Positions 39,289-48,745 of a stretch of 64,000 nucleotides of DNA are shown one piece after another; the first letter of the stretch is position 1, and each line of letters opens with the position of its first letter. The notes under the pieces are model-generated. The model made no database searches, was not told where the DNA came from, and saw nothing but the letters and a program-made list of their open reading frames with translations. Location of the stretch: contig JAYENT010000091.1 in the NCBI GenBank assembly GCA_034722245.1, positions 51,492 through 115,491 of the forward strand, in the 5' to 3' direction. The DNA is from Chloroflexota bacterium (GTDB lineage Bacteria > Chloroflexota > Anaerolineae > UBA1429). A program made the translations under genes and the position numbers.

Positions 39289-40178
39289 GGGATCCTATAG
39301 GTGTCCTTAACATAGATAAGCCCAGGGGGCTAACCTCCCATGACGTAGTAGCTCGCATCCGAAAGATAGCGGGCTTGCAGCGCGTCGGGCACGCGGGTAC
39401 ACTAGATCCGCTGGCCAGAGGGGTGCTGGTGGTCTGCTTGGGAAAGGCCACGCGCCTCATCGAATATCTTGTGGACACCCGCAAGTCCTATGTGGCGACA
39501 GTTGAGTTCGGCATCGTCACAGACACGTGGGACGCCGAGGGGGAGATAATCGAAAGGCGTAAAGTTGAACCGCTCTCTCCCCAGCGCATTGAAGAGGCAT
39601 TGGATCGCTTTCGGGGCACTATTGAACAGGTCCCACCCATGTATTCGGCGCTGAAGCATGATGGACAGCCCCTGTACCGCCTGGCGAGAAAGGGCATAGA
39701 GGTCCAGCGCGAAGCGAGGTCGGTGGAGATCCATCGCCTGGAGGTGCGCGAATGGAGCCCTCCCAACCTCGTCATAGATATAGAGTGCTCCAAGGGAACG
39801 TACATTCGCTCGTTGGCCCACGATCTGGGAGAAACGGTTGGTGTGGGGGCCTATCTCTCAGACCTGACGCGGACTGCAGTTGGTCCCTTTTGCCTGGAGC
39901 GGGCAGTTTCGCTGGAGCAGCTCGCCGCTGACGGGGGAGCGCCTTGGCAGGACTATATGCTGCCTATATACGAAGCCTTTGCGCACATACCTAGTGTCAC
40001 CGTAGACACAGAAACAAAGAAACGCATTGGGTATGGGCAACAGGTGAGTTTGCCATTGGCGCCCAAAGCGGAGATCATCTTTGCCTATGATAGTGATCGG
40101 CACATCGTGGCCGTCCTAGAGTCTGATGCCCACGGCGGCTCCCTGTGGAGACCACGCAAGGTTTTGAACACCAACTGA
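39285..40178 (+). CDS. truB: tRNA pseudouridine(55) synthase
   Basis: LNIDKPRGLTSHDVV...HAGTLDPLARGVL carries the catalytic Asp motif. Confidence 0.9.
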   Translation: MRDPIGVLNIDKPRGLTSHDVVARIRKIAGLQRVGHAGTLDPLARGVLVVCLGKATRLIEYLVDTRKSYVATVEFGIVTDTWDAEGEIIERRKVEPLSPQRIEEALDRFRGTIEQVPPMYSALKHDGQPLYRLARKGIEVQREARSVEIHRLEVREWSPPNLVIDIECSKGTYIRSLAHDLGETVGVGAYLSDLTRTAVGPFCLERAVSLEQLAADGGAPWQDYMLPIYEAFAHIPSVTVDTETKKRIGYGQQVSLPLAPKAEIIFAYDSDRHIVAVLESDAHGGSLWRPRKVLNTN

Positions 40179-40205
40179 AAACTGGACGAGTGCTACACGC
40201 ATAGT

Positions 40206-41150
40206 ATGCAAATCATCGGAAACCTTTTGGCCTATGAACCATCCCACAGCGCCGTCCTGACCATCGGTTCCTTCGACGGTATCCATCGGGGGCATCAACA
40301 CCTGCTGACCAAGCTCGTACAACGCGCCAAAGAGACCCAGCGGTTGAGCGCTGTCCTCACGTTTCATCCCCATCCTGAGGCAGTCGTGCACCCCGAAAAG
40401 CGCCCCCAATATCTTAGCAGCCCCCAAGAGCGCACAGAGATCTTCGAGGATCTTTGTCTCGATCTCTTATTCTTGATACCTTTCAGCCAAGAGCTGGCCC
40501 AAACTTCGGCACAGGATCTACTAACCATGCTCCACGACCGCCTACGGATGCGAGAGTTCTGGGTAGGACCCGACTTTGCCATGGGACGAGATCGTGAAGG
40601 TGATATTGCCACCTTGCGCCATCTCTCCACAGAGATAGGCTATGAGTTGCGTGTTCTGAGCCCCTTGTGCGAGGGGGGAAGGCCCATCAGCAGCACCAGG
40701 ATCCGCATGCTGCTTTCGGAGGGACGGGTGCGGGATGCGGCGGCACTCCTGGGACGCCCCTACACAATCTCTGGGCGCGTGGTCAAGGGCGCCCAGAGGG
40801 GACGCTCCTTGGGCTTCCGCACCGCTAACCTGGAGGTCGAGCCCCAAAGAGCTCTGCCCAGAAGGGGTGTCTATGCCGCCTGGGCTCTCCTGCACAGGGA
40901 GCGGCAGGAATGCGTGGTCAATGTGGGGGCGCGCCCTACCTTTGACGACCAGGATTTGCTGGTTGAGGCTCATCTCCTCGACTATGAAGGCGATCTCTAC
41001 GGGAAGGAACTCTGTATTGAGTTCGTGCGGCGGCTACGGGCAGAGAAACGGTTCTCTGACGCGGGCGCCTTGATCGACCAGCTTCGTCAGGACGTAGCGG
41101 TCGCCCGTGAGATCCTCGGCGAAAGACAGAAAAGGGCCGTGACTCCGTGA
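40206..41150 (+). CDS. ribF: Bifunctional riboflavin kinase/FAD synthetase
   Basis: GSFDGIHRGHQ nucleotidyltransferase motif plus a C-terminal riboflavin kinase domain (GRPYTISGRVVKGAQRGRSLGFRTANL). Confidence 0.9.
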   Translation: MQIIGNLLAYEPSHSAVLTIGSFDGIHRGHQHLLTKLVQRAKETQRLSAVLTFHPHPEAVVHPEKRPQYLSSPQERTEIFEDLCLDLLFLIPFSQELAQTSAQDLLTMLHDRLRMREFWVGPDFAMGRDREGDIATLRHLSTEIGYELRVLSPLCEGGRPISSTRIRMLLSEGRVRDAAALLGRPYTISGRVVKGAQRGRSLGFRTANLEVEPQRALPRRGVYAAWALLHRERQECVVNVGARPTFDDQDLLVEAHLLDYEGDLYGKELCIEFVRRLRAEKRFSDAGALIDQLRQDVAVAREILGERQKRAVTP

Positions 41151-41326
41151 CATCCTGTGAGCTGCCCTCTAGCATCCGTACGCTATGGCTGCTTCACAAA
41201 AAGGATAGCCAGAAGAGAGAAACGGGGGAAAATATCGCAGTTGTGCTTTACACAGCCGCGATATATAGTACCCCCTACTCATATATGACATGCCAGAGAG
41301 CGCCCGCGAAGGAAGGAGGGATCGAA

Positions 41327-42772
41327 ATGCTCAGTAAAGACGTGCTGATCCAAATCGCTCCACGTCTTTATGAAATCCCCACAAGCTACAGAGATGATAT
41401 GCGCGTTCCCGCCAGGCTCTATGCGGACGAGGAGATCGTAGAAGCGGCCCTGGGGGACGGCTCCATAGAGCAACTTATCAACACATCGACTCTCCCCGGC
41501 GTGGTCAAGTACACTCTGGCCATGCCCGACATTCATCAGGGGTATGGTTTCCCCATTGGAGGGGTGGCAGCCACTGCTCTGCCAGATGGCGTAATTTCTC
41601 CAGGCGGCGTGGGCTACGACATCAACTGCGGGGTGCGCCTGCTGACCAGCACCATTGAGGTCGGGGCCGCCCGTCCCCATATGGTCCAGCTTATGGACAG
41701 CCTCGTTGAGAGCATACCCACGGGGGTCGGGGCGAGGGGCACCTTTCGCCTTTCAAAGGGTGAACTCTACCTGCTCCTGGAACAGGGCTCGAGTTGGGTG
41801 GTGGGCATGGGCTATGGCCGGCAAGAAGACCTGGAGCATACCGAGGATGAGGGCCGCATGGAGGCGGCCAATATAGAAGCCCTCAGCCGCCGCGCCATAG
41901 ATCGGGGACACAGACAGGTGGGCACCCTGGGCGCGGGTAACCACTTTGTTCAGGTCGACGAGATCGCTCAGATATACGATGAGGAAGCGGCCGAGGCGCT
42001 GAATCTGGTGAAAGGCCAGGTGTGCGTCTGGATTCATGCCGGCTCTCGCGGTTTGGGCCACCAGGTATGCATCGATGCCATCAAGATGGTACAGGAGGCC
42101 AAGTACAACATAGACACCCCTGATCCAGAGTTGGCCTCCATCCCCTTTTCGTCGCAGGAGGGCCAAAAGTATTTCCAAGCCATGTCCTGTGCCGCAAACT
42201 TTGCCTGGGCCAACCGCCAAGCCATCACCCATCTGATACGACGCAGCTTTGAGGAGGTCTTTAGCGGACACGTCAGGAGCTACGATTTGCGCGTGGCCTA
42301 CGATGTCTGTCATAATATAGCCAATATTGAGGAGCACGAGGTGGCGGGCGAGCCGACAAGGATGTGCGTGCATCGCAAGGGGGCCACGAGGGCCTTGGGG
42401 CCCGGCCATAGGGCGATAGCCGAGACGTACCGCGCCTTCGGGCAGCCGGTCTTTATTCCGGGCGACATGGAGAGGGGATCATACATCCTGCTTGCCACAG
42501 AAAAGGCGACGAAAGAGGCCTTTGGTAGTATTTGCCATGGGGCCGGGCGTCTCATAAGTCGCTCAAAGGCACGCGAAACGGTTTCTGGAGAGGATCTGCA
42601 CCAGCATCTGGAGAACAGTGGCATCATCGTGCGCTCCGGCAACTTGTCCGGGCTGGCCGAGGAAGCGCCACAAGCTCACAAAAATGTGCACCATATCGTG
42701 GATGTGGTGGAAGACGCTGGGCTGTGCCGCAGGGTGGCGCGCACGGTGCCGTTGGGCGTCATCAAAGGCTAA
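41327..42772 (+). CDS. rtcB: RNA-splicing ligase RtcB (3'-phosphate/5'-OH RNA ligase)
   Basis: [13 protein letters not shown]...[11 protein letters not shown]...[13 protein letters not shown]...HNIA metal/GMP site pattern. Start at MLSKDV (41327) has RBS GAAGGAGGG; the ORF-track N-terminal extension to 41147 is unlikely. Confidence 0.85.
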   Translation: MLSKDVLIQIAPRLYEIPTSYRDDMRVPARLYADEEIVEAALGDGSIEQLINTSTLPGVVKYTLAMPDIHQGYGFPIGGVAATALPDGVISPGGVGYDINCGVRLLTSTIEVGAARPHMVQLMDSLVESIPTGVGARGTFRLSKGELYLLLEQGSSWVVGMGYGRQEDLEHTEDEGRMEAANIEALSRRAIDRGHRQVGTLGAGNHFVQVDEIAQIYDEEAAEALNLVKGQVCVWIHAGSRGLGHQVCIDAIKMVQEAKYNIDTPDPELASIPFSSQEGQKYFQAMSCAANFAWANRQAITHLIRRSFEEVFSGHVRSYDLRVAYDVCHNIANIEEHEVAGEPTRMCVHRKGATRALGPGHRAIAETYRAFGQPVFIPGDMERGSYILLATEKATKEAFGSICHGAGRLISRSKARETVSGEDLHQHLENSGIIVRSGNLSGLAEEAPQAHKNVHHIVDVVEDAGLCRRVARTVPLGVIKG

Positions 42773-42816
42773 GAGTCCTCTGGCCAAGTTCGCTGAGGAG
42801 TATCGGAGGAAACTTT

Positions 42817-44232
42817 ATGGATATTTGCGTCATTGGAACGGGCTATGTGGGACTGATCACCGGAGCCTGCTTTGCAGATCTGGGAAACAAGGTCATCTGC
42901 CTAGACAACGACAGAAAAAAAATAGAAAAGCTAAAGGAGGGAGAACTGCCTATCTACGAGCCGGGCCTTGACGAGGTCGTCCAGCGCAACGTCAGGGCAG
43001 GGCGCCTCTCCTTTACCGATTCTTATCAAGAGGGAATCAACGGTGTAGAAGTGGTCTTTATCGCCGTGGGCACCCCTTCAGGGGTGGACGGCGAGGCGGA
43101 CCTGACATACGTCCGCAGCGTGGCTGAAAAGATTGCGGACGTCATGGAGCACCCTCTGATCATCATCAACAAGAGCACAGTACCCGTGGGCACCGGGGAC
43201 TGGGTAGCCAATATCATTCACAAGCGAAGGAACGACGATATGGAATTCGCTGTGGTGTCCAACCCCGAGTTCCTGCGTGAGGGGTCCGCGGTCGAGGATT
43301 TCATGCACCCTGACCGCGTGGTGCTAGGCTCTGAGGACCGCACCGCAGCAGAGCGGGTGGCGCACCTCTATCTGCCGCTCCGCTGTACCGTGATGCTGAC
43401 CGACTTGCGCACGGCAGAGATGATAAAGTACGCTTCCAACGCCTTTCTGGCGACGCGCGTATCCTTTATAAACGAGATGGCCTGCATCTGCGACGAGTTG
43501 GGGGTGGACGTCAAGGAGGTCGCTTTCGGCATGGGCTGCGACGAGCGCATTGGCCACCATTTCTTGCGCGCGGGCCTCGGTTGGGGGGGCAGTTGCTTTC
43601 CCAAAGACGTAAAGGCTTTGGCCCACATGGCCGACCTGCACGGCGCCAACCCCCAGCTCCTGCGCGCTGTGATGGACATCAACACAGCCCAGCGCCGCCG
43701 CGTGGTGCGCTGGCTGCGCGGAGCGTTGAAAGGACTGGCCGAACGAACCGTCGGCGTTTGGGGATTGGCCTTCAAGCCTAATACGGACGACGTGCGAGAG
43801 GCTCCCGCTATTGACATCATTCGCATGCTCCAGAACGAGGAGGCCAATATAAGGGCCTACGATCCCAAAGCCATGCCCCGAGCAAAGCGGGTGACGACCA
43901 ACGTCGTCTTTTGTCAGGACGCCTACGAGGTGGCGGAGGGTTGCGACGCCATCATCCTGGCCACCGAATGGGAGGAATTCCGGTATCTTGACTGGGATCG
44001 CGTGCTCAAAGCCATGCGGGGGAATATTCTGATCGATGGACGAAATATCTATGACCCGGAGACGATGATTCAGGCCGGCTTTTGCTTCCGCCCCATAGGA
44101 AGGGGCATCAGACCGCTTAGGAATGAGTGGGGGACTCCTGTTCAGGGTGCCGGATCCACGACCGAGGGTGGGGACGAAGGGGAGCTAGAAACAGAAAAAG
44201 CGTCAGAAGCCAGCAAGAGTCTTGTGTCATAA
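42817..44232 (+). CDS. ugd: UDP-glucose 6-dehydrogenase with an unusual Gly/Glu-rich C-terminal extension
   Basis: [13 protein letters not shown] Rossmann fold and catalytic GGSCFPKD; RBS GGAGGA upstream of the ATG at 42817; roughly 45-aa acidic tail. Confidence 0.88.
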   Translation: MDICVIGTGYVGLITGACFADLGNKVICLDNDRKKIEKLKEGELPIYEPGLDEVVQRNVRAGRLSFTDSYQEGINGVEVVFIAVGTPSGVDGEADLTYVRSVAEKIADVMEHPLIIINKSTVPVGTGDWVANIIHKRRNDDMEFAVVSNPEFLREGSAVEDFMHPDRVVLGSEDRTAAERVAHLYLPLRCTVMLTDLRTAEMIKYASNAFLATRVSFINEMACICDELGVDVKEVAFGMGCDERIGHHFLRAGLGWGGSCFPKDVKALAHMADLHGANPQLLRAVMDINTAQRRRVVRWLRGALKGLAERTVGVWGLAFKPNTDDVREAPAIDIIRMLQNEEANIRAYDPKAMPRAKRVTTNVVFCQDAYEVAEGCDAIILATEWEEFRYLDWDRVLKAMRGNILIDGRNIYDPETMIQAGFCFRPIGRGIRPLRNEWGTPVQGAGSTTEGGDEGELETEKASEASKSLVS

Positions 44233-44349
44233 GCGCCGCCCGACGCTTTCCCTGATCGTATTAACGCTCGGGAGGATAGTTCGCTCACGTGTACAGCCAA
44301 TGAGGGGATTGCCTTTAAACGAGACAACCCCCTTATATATGCCAGCAGT

Positions 44350-44931
44350 CTAAGCCAACTGCTCCTTACCTGAGTAGATCTCCTCTACATGTAGGATTGC
44401 TGCCGCCTTGGGTTTCATGTCTCCGTTAACGCTCTGGACCCATTTGACACAATCCTCATAGATGCGGCCTTCTGTTTCAATCTCTACTGGCCCCTTCACC
44501 TGATAGCAATCATCTATGGTATCTCCCCAAAAAGTCACGGCCATGACGGGATTTGCCTCCAGGTTCTTACGCGTCTTGAAAAAGAAATTGTCTGCGAGCT
44601 GCAGGGTCTCGTCGTCGAGAACTCGGAGAAAGGAAACGTAGATCAGATTAGGTTTCCCCTCTGGCGATGCCGTGGCCACGGGAAAGGGTTTTATCTCGTC
44701 AATGTTCTCAACGATCTCGGACGGCATTTTTGCCACTGGGCCTAACTCCTCTCTGTATACAAGCGGTTTATATATTTTATTTTGTTGTCTTCGCACTTGA
44801 TCGTCAAAATCTACTTTCGAGTCTTTGCTTTTACGTTCAATAATCTCGGTCTCTGGAAACCCGGGGGCACACCTGAATGGTGCAACAGTTGTTGGGGCAC
44901 CTCTGCGGTGATATAATCTTTGCAAGTACAA
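44350..44931 (-). CDS. Pyridoxamine 5'-phosphate oxidase-like FMN-binding split-barrel protein
   Basis: PNLIYVSFLRVLDDETLQLADNFFFKTRKNLEANPVMAVTFW matches the PNPOx-like fold. The real start is probably internal (MPSEIVENIDE, about 44727), because the ORF-track start abuts the divergent histidine-kinase start. Confidence 0.55.
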   Translation of the reverse strand: MYLQRLYHRRGAPTTVAPFRCAPGFPETEIIERKSKDSKVDFDDQVRRQQNKIYKPLVYREELGPVAKMPSEIVENIDEIKPFPVATASPEGKPNLIYVSFLRVLDDETLQLADNFFFKTRKNLEANPVMAVTFWGDTIDDCYQVKGPVEIETEGRIYEDCVKWVQSVNGDMKPKAAAILHVEEIYSGKEQLA

Positions 44932-44953
44932 GGTCTCACGTTACGGACTGCCT

Positions 44954-46774
44954 GTGAAAAATCATTTGAAGCAGTTGCCGGCAAAACTTGTCGATCTCTT
45001 GAAGCATCCCTCCAAGAGCAGCCTGCGTATACAGTTGATGCTTGCCACCGTTGTGCCCGTCGTCATCTTGCTCGTCATCATCACCATTGTGGGCATATTC
45101 GGCTTCACGCGGGTGACACAGATGCTGGTGGAAGAACGAGATGCCGCACTCGTAGAACTGGCTGCGCAACAGATAGGCAATTACTGGGCCGAATCCGTCC
45201 TCTTGCTCACTCAGATCTCATCTTCTGAAGCAGTGCGCGAGGGAGACGTAGATACAGTCCAGGAACTGCTTGAGGCTCACGTGGCGCTGCAACAGCGCTT
45301 TGACCAGATAAGTATCACCGACGGCCAGGGGCGCATCATCGCCACGGAGGGGGGCAAGCGCGGAATGCAGATCGGGGGGCTACAATTCTTTCAAAACGCC
45401 CGTCGCTTTCGGCGCCCCGTGCGCTCCGACCAATATGAAGATAGCGCTGGTGATCGCCTCATCACCGTCGCCGTACCCATATACGATACGTATGGGCGCT
45501 TCGCGGGCTGTGCCCTCGGTACCTGGAACCTAAAGGGCGTACAACTGGGCCTCGCGGTGGTCAACGTGCTGGCCGGGGAAGAAGGCTTCGCTTATCTAGT
45601 AGATGAACAGGGCTATATTCTCTACCATCCGCGCAGAGAACTCATTGGAGCCAATGCGCGGAATCACCCCGCGGTCAAGGCTCTTCTGGAAGGCCAATCG
45701 GGCGCTCAGACCATCGAGCGTGACGGAGAGACCGTCGTGGTAGGATATGCGCCGATCCAGATGGGTCGGCGTGCGAGCTCCCTCTTTGCCGACCAGTCCT
45801 GGGAAGACTGGGGGCTTTTGGCTTCCGAGTCTTGGAGCGATCTGGTGGCCCCCCTGCAACCCTACATTCGCTCGATGATTCTCCTGCTGGTGCTTCTGGT
45901 CATGCTGCCCACGGGCATTCTGGCCTGGAATAGCGCCCGCATTGCGGCCCCACTATCCACGCTGGTGGAGCAAACGGGACATGTGGCTTCTGGAGACTTT
46001 GACACGCAGGTCTCCATCGATCAAGGCCCCATGGAACTGAGGGAGCTTGAGGCTGCTTTCAACAGCATGGTGGAGCAACTGCGCGAGTTCCAGCGTGAAA
46101 ACCAGAACTATGTGGTGTCGATCCTGAACAGTCAGGAGGAGGAACGCAAGCGAATCGCCCGGGAGTTACACGATGAAACGGCCCAGGCGTTGATCGTGTT
46201 AGGACGACAGATCGAGATGCTGGAGGAGATGATCGAGAGCCAGGAGACACTGGAGGAGCTTGAAAGCCTGCGGGATACGGTAGATCAGACGCTGCAGGGC
46301 GTGCGCCGTTTCACCCGGGATCTACGCCCTCCTCTGTTGGAGGAATTGGGCCTCCCGCGTACATTGGAAATCCTGGGAGATCGTCTTGATCGCGAGCAGC
46401 CCTTTACTGTGGACGTTGCCATAGTCGGCGAGCCGTATCCCCTGCTTGCTGAGGTCGAGCTGGCTCTTTATCGTCTGGCACAAGAGAGTCTAAGCAATGT
46501 GCGCCGGCACGCGCAGGCCAGCCATGTGGATCTAACGCTCACATACGCCCAAGACACAGTCACCCTGGAGGTTGCCGACAACGGCGTGGGATTTGAGGTG
46601 CCTTCAGGCCAGAAAGAACTCATCAAATCGGGAGGGCTGGGACTCATGGGCATCCACGAGCGCGCGCGGCTCTTCGGAGGCCACGCATCGATCAACTCCA
46701 CCCCCGGAAAGGGCACCACAGTGCGCGTCGAGATCCCGCTGTCAGTCCTCGTGCTAGCCGATCTGGGCACCTAG
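44954..46774 (+). CDS. Sensor histidine kinase (HisKA_3/NarL-partner type) with a TM-bounded extracytoplasmic sensor domain and HAMP; orphan, with no adjacent response regulator
   Basis: H-box RIARELHDETAQAL, HATPase_c motifs (NVRRHAQAS...DNGVGF...GGLGLMGIHERA), and two TM helices flanking a roughly 250-aa periplasmic domain. Confidence 0.85.
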   Translation: MKNHLKQLPAKLVDLLKHPSKSSLRIQLMLATVVPVVILLVIITIVGIFGFTRVTQMLVEERDAALVELAAQQIGNYWAESVLLLTQISSSEAVREGDVDTVQELLEAHVALQQRFDQISITDGQGRIIATEGGKRGMQIGGLQFFQNARRFRRPVRSDQYEDSAGDRLITVAVPIYDTYGRFAGCALGTWNLKGVQLGLAVVNVLAGEEGFAYLVDEQGYILYHPRRELIGANARNHPAVKALLEGQSGAQTIERDGETVVVGYAPIQMGRRASSLFADQSWEDWGLLASESWSDLVAPLQPYIRSMILLLVLLVMLPTGILAWNSARIAAPLSTLVEQTGHVASGDFDTQVSIDQGPMELRELEAAFNSMVEQLREFQRENQNYVVSILNSQEEERKRIARELHDETAQALIVLGRQIEMLEEMIESQETLEELESLRDTVDQTLQGVRRFTRDLRPPLLEELGLPRTLEILGDRLDREQPFTVDVAIVGEPYPLLAEVELALYRLAQESLSNVRRHAQASHVDLTLTYAQDTVTLEVADNGVGFEVPSGQKELIKSGGLGLMGIHERARLFGGHASINSTPGKGTTVRVEIPLSVLVLADLGT

Positions 46775-46935
46775 CAGCCATACAGCCGTCGTTCTACCCC
46801 GACGCCACTCCACGATGATACATACTAACGTTAGACGGGCTCCGGGCATCGCCCCTAAGGACGACCACCAGAGCCCGCCTTACCAAGGAGGAGAAGAAAT
46901 GCTGCCTCTCACGCCGTATAAGAAGGCAGCTACAG

Positions 46936-47683
46936 TCACGTCAGTTGCAAGAGGCTGAAATCAGTAAAAGGCTTACCCCTTACAACATCTGAAGCTATTA
47001 TAGGCGTCTCTGCAACATCTGTCATGAGTAAAGACACCAAATCATCATAGGCTTTTTGGCCGATGATCCCAGCAAAGGCCAAAGGTTCCGCCCCGATCCC
47101 AAAACCTGCTTTAGAAGGAAGCTCAGTAGGCTGGGTCACTAGCCAGAACCATGACGGCCAGCGAAATTATCTCTCCGATGTGGCCGACTTTTTCCGCATC
47201 CACATTAGCTGATGTATCCTGCGGCGTGTGAGCCAGGGCATCGCTGCCCAGCCAAGAGACCGTCGCCGAGGGAATCGTGAGATCGGGCAAAGGGTACAAG
47301 CTCTGGCCCGTATGGAGCGCTGTGCCATAGTTCTTCAATGAAAGATCCACTCCTTGGGCGGATTTCCGAAGGACACGCATGAGACGTTCACTCGTCACGC
47401 TGGAGACGACGGCGCTGGCACCCGTTCCCACGCCCACCACCGTGCTAAGCGGCTTGGGCACGCTGTACCAATATCCAGAATCGTACGATCCCACATCACC
47501 ACGCAGCATCCCCCTGCACAAAGCTACCGTATCGACCACCGCTCTGCGGAAGACTTGGGCGGGAGGGAATGATTGTTGCATCCTCGTATGCACGGCAAAG
47601 CCCTGCAACAGGAAGGAAAGATAGGCAATGGCCAGCAATACAAGCAAACCCGAGGCCAACCGACGCCATATGGATCGAAGCAT
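46936..47683 (-). pseudogene. Hypothetical membrane protein in two frameshifted pieces (47123..47683 and 46936..47139), possibly a truncated permease-like gene
   Basis: Start set at MLRSIWRRLASGLLVLLAIAY (47683), since the ORF-track start at 47821 would overlap tRNA-His. Two adjacent ORFs in different frames overlap by 17 nt and lie in a locally lower-GC pocket. Confidence 0.3.
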
Positions 47684-47779
47684 GGGAATGACGCTCCCGA
47701 AAATAGAAGAAGGGGCGAGGCTTACCTTCTTGTTTCTAAAGAAAGCGAAAGGCCTCCTGAGAATCTCAGGAGGCTTCTC

Positions 47780-47855
47780 TGGGTGAGCGATGGGATTCGA
47801 ACCCACGGTCTTCTGGGCCACAACCAGATGCCTTAACCACTAGGCTACGCCCACC
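47780..47855 (-). tRNA. tRNA-His (anticodon GTG) with encoded G-1 and CCA
   Basis: Reverse complement GGTGGGCGTAGCCTAGTGGTTAAGGCATCTGGTTGTGGCCCAGAAGACCGTGGGTTCGAATCCCATCGCTCACCCA shows cloverleaf, anticodon loop TTGTGGC, an extra 5' G pairing the discriminator C, and a TTCGAAT T-loop. Confidence 0.9.
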
Positions 47856-47868
47856 ACGAACAACCGCG

Positions 47869-47897
47869 ATTATAGCACAAGCACTCGATCCTGCCAA
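47869..47897 (-). promoter_or_regulatory. Sigma-70 promoter for tRNA-His (TTGGCA-17-TATAAT)
   Basis: Reverse strand reads acTTGGCAggatcgagtgcttgtgcTATAATcgcggttgttcG(tRNA). Confidence 0.5.
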
Positions 47898-48001
47898 GTT
47901 ACAAAAACGCGCCACCAGAAACAGCCCATTGACATAGCGCACCAATGCTCTATGATATGGAGGACACGGAAAAATCAAAGGACGAAACAAAGGAAATGGA
48001 C

Positions 48002-48727
48002 ATGAGCAAGGTCGATGATCGCCAACGGGGCAAAGAGCCCGCATCGATGGCCACCGAACATGAAGCCACCCAAGAGCGGCACGCGCCAGAATCCCTACGA
48101 TGGAAGGCCTTGCGTTCCTCCAGATCGAGGCAGCGCATTCTCTGGATTCCGGTTTTGAGTATCATCGGGCTTGCGTTGGCGGGTTTTGTCCTTTACGTGG
48201 CCGTTACACAGGCGCCCGTAGCTCGCGCCGGTATGATAAAAAGCATCGAACAGGGAACACTCCAAATCTCCTATGAAAACGCCGCATCCTGGCAGCCCGT
48301 TGAGGAGGGCCAGACGGTCCCCCAGGGGGCCCGCATACGCGGCACGAAGGCCACCTGGGCCACCATCGCCCTTCCAGACCACAGCCTGATGCGCATTGAG
48401 GCGCCCGGCGTGTGGCAAGTGGTCGAGGCTATGGGAAAGGACAATCGCTTGCGAATCACCATAGCACAAGAGGAGGGAAGAGCCAGTTTCGTCTCCCCTC
48501 CCCCGCGCACATCTGGTTACTCCAGATTTCAGGTGCAGGTCGGCGGGGTCACAGCGGAGCTTGTAGGCGTAGGCACCTTTGTGACCGGCAACGACCAGAG
48601 GACTCGGGTGCAAATCCTGCAGGGGCACTGCACCCTTTGGTCGAACGATAGGCCAACAGAGCTTGCCGCTGGCGAGATGGCGACGATCAACCCCGGGGGC
48701 TCTATCACCGTCATAGAGAGCAAGTAG
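48002..48727 (+). CDS. FecR-domain membrane protein (anti-sigma/signal-transducer-like)
   Basis: TM helix ILWIPVLSIIGLALAGFVLYVAV followed by a FecR-like beta-rich domain. A TTGACA-16-TATGAT promoter at 47929-47956 overlaps the ORF-track start (47945), so the start is more likely ATG 48002 (RBS AAGGAA) or 47996. Confidence 0.55.
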   Translation: MSKVDDRQRGKEPASMATEHEATQERHAPESLRWKALRSSRSRQRILWIPVLSIIGLALAGFVLYVAVTQAPVARAGMIKSIEQGTLQISYENAASWQPVEEGQTVPQGARIRGTKATWATIALPDHSLMRIEAPGVWQVVEAMGKDNRLRITIAQEEGRASFVSPPPRTSGYSRFQVQVGGVTAELVGVGTFVTGNDQRTRVQILQGHCTLWSNDRPTELAAGEMATINPGGSITVIESK

Positions 48728-48745
48728 GAAGGCGCAGTCGGTCAT

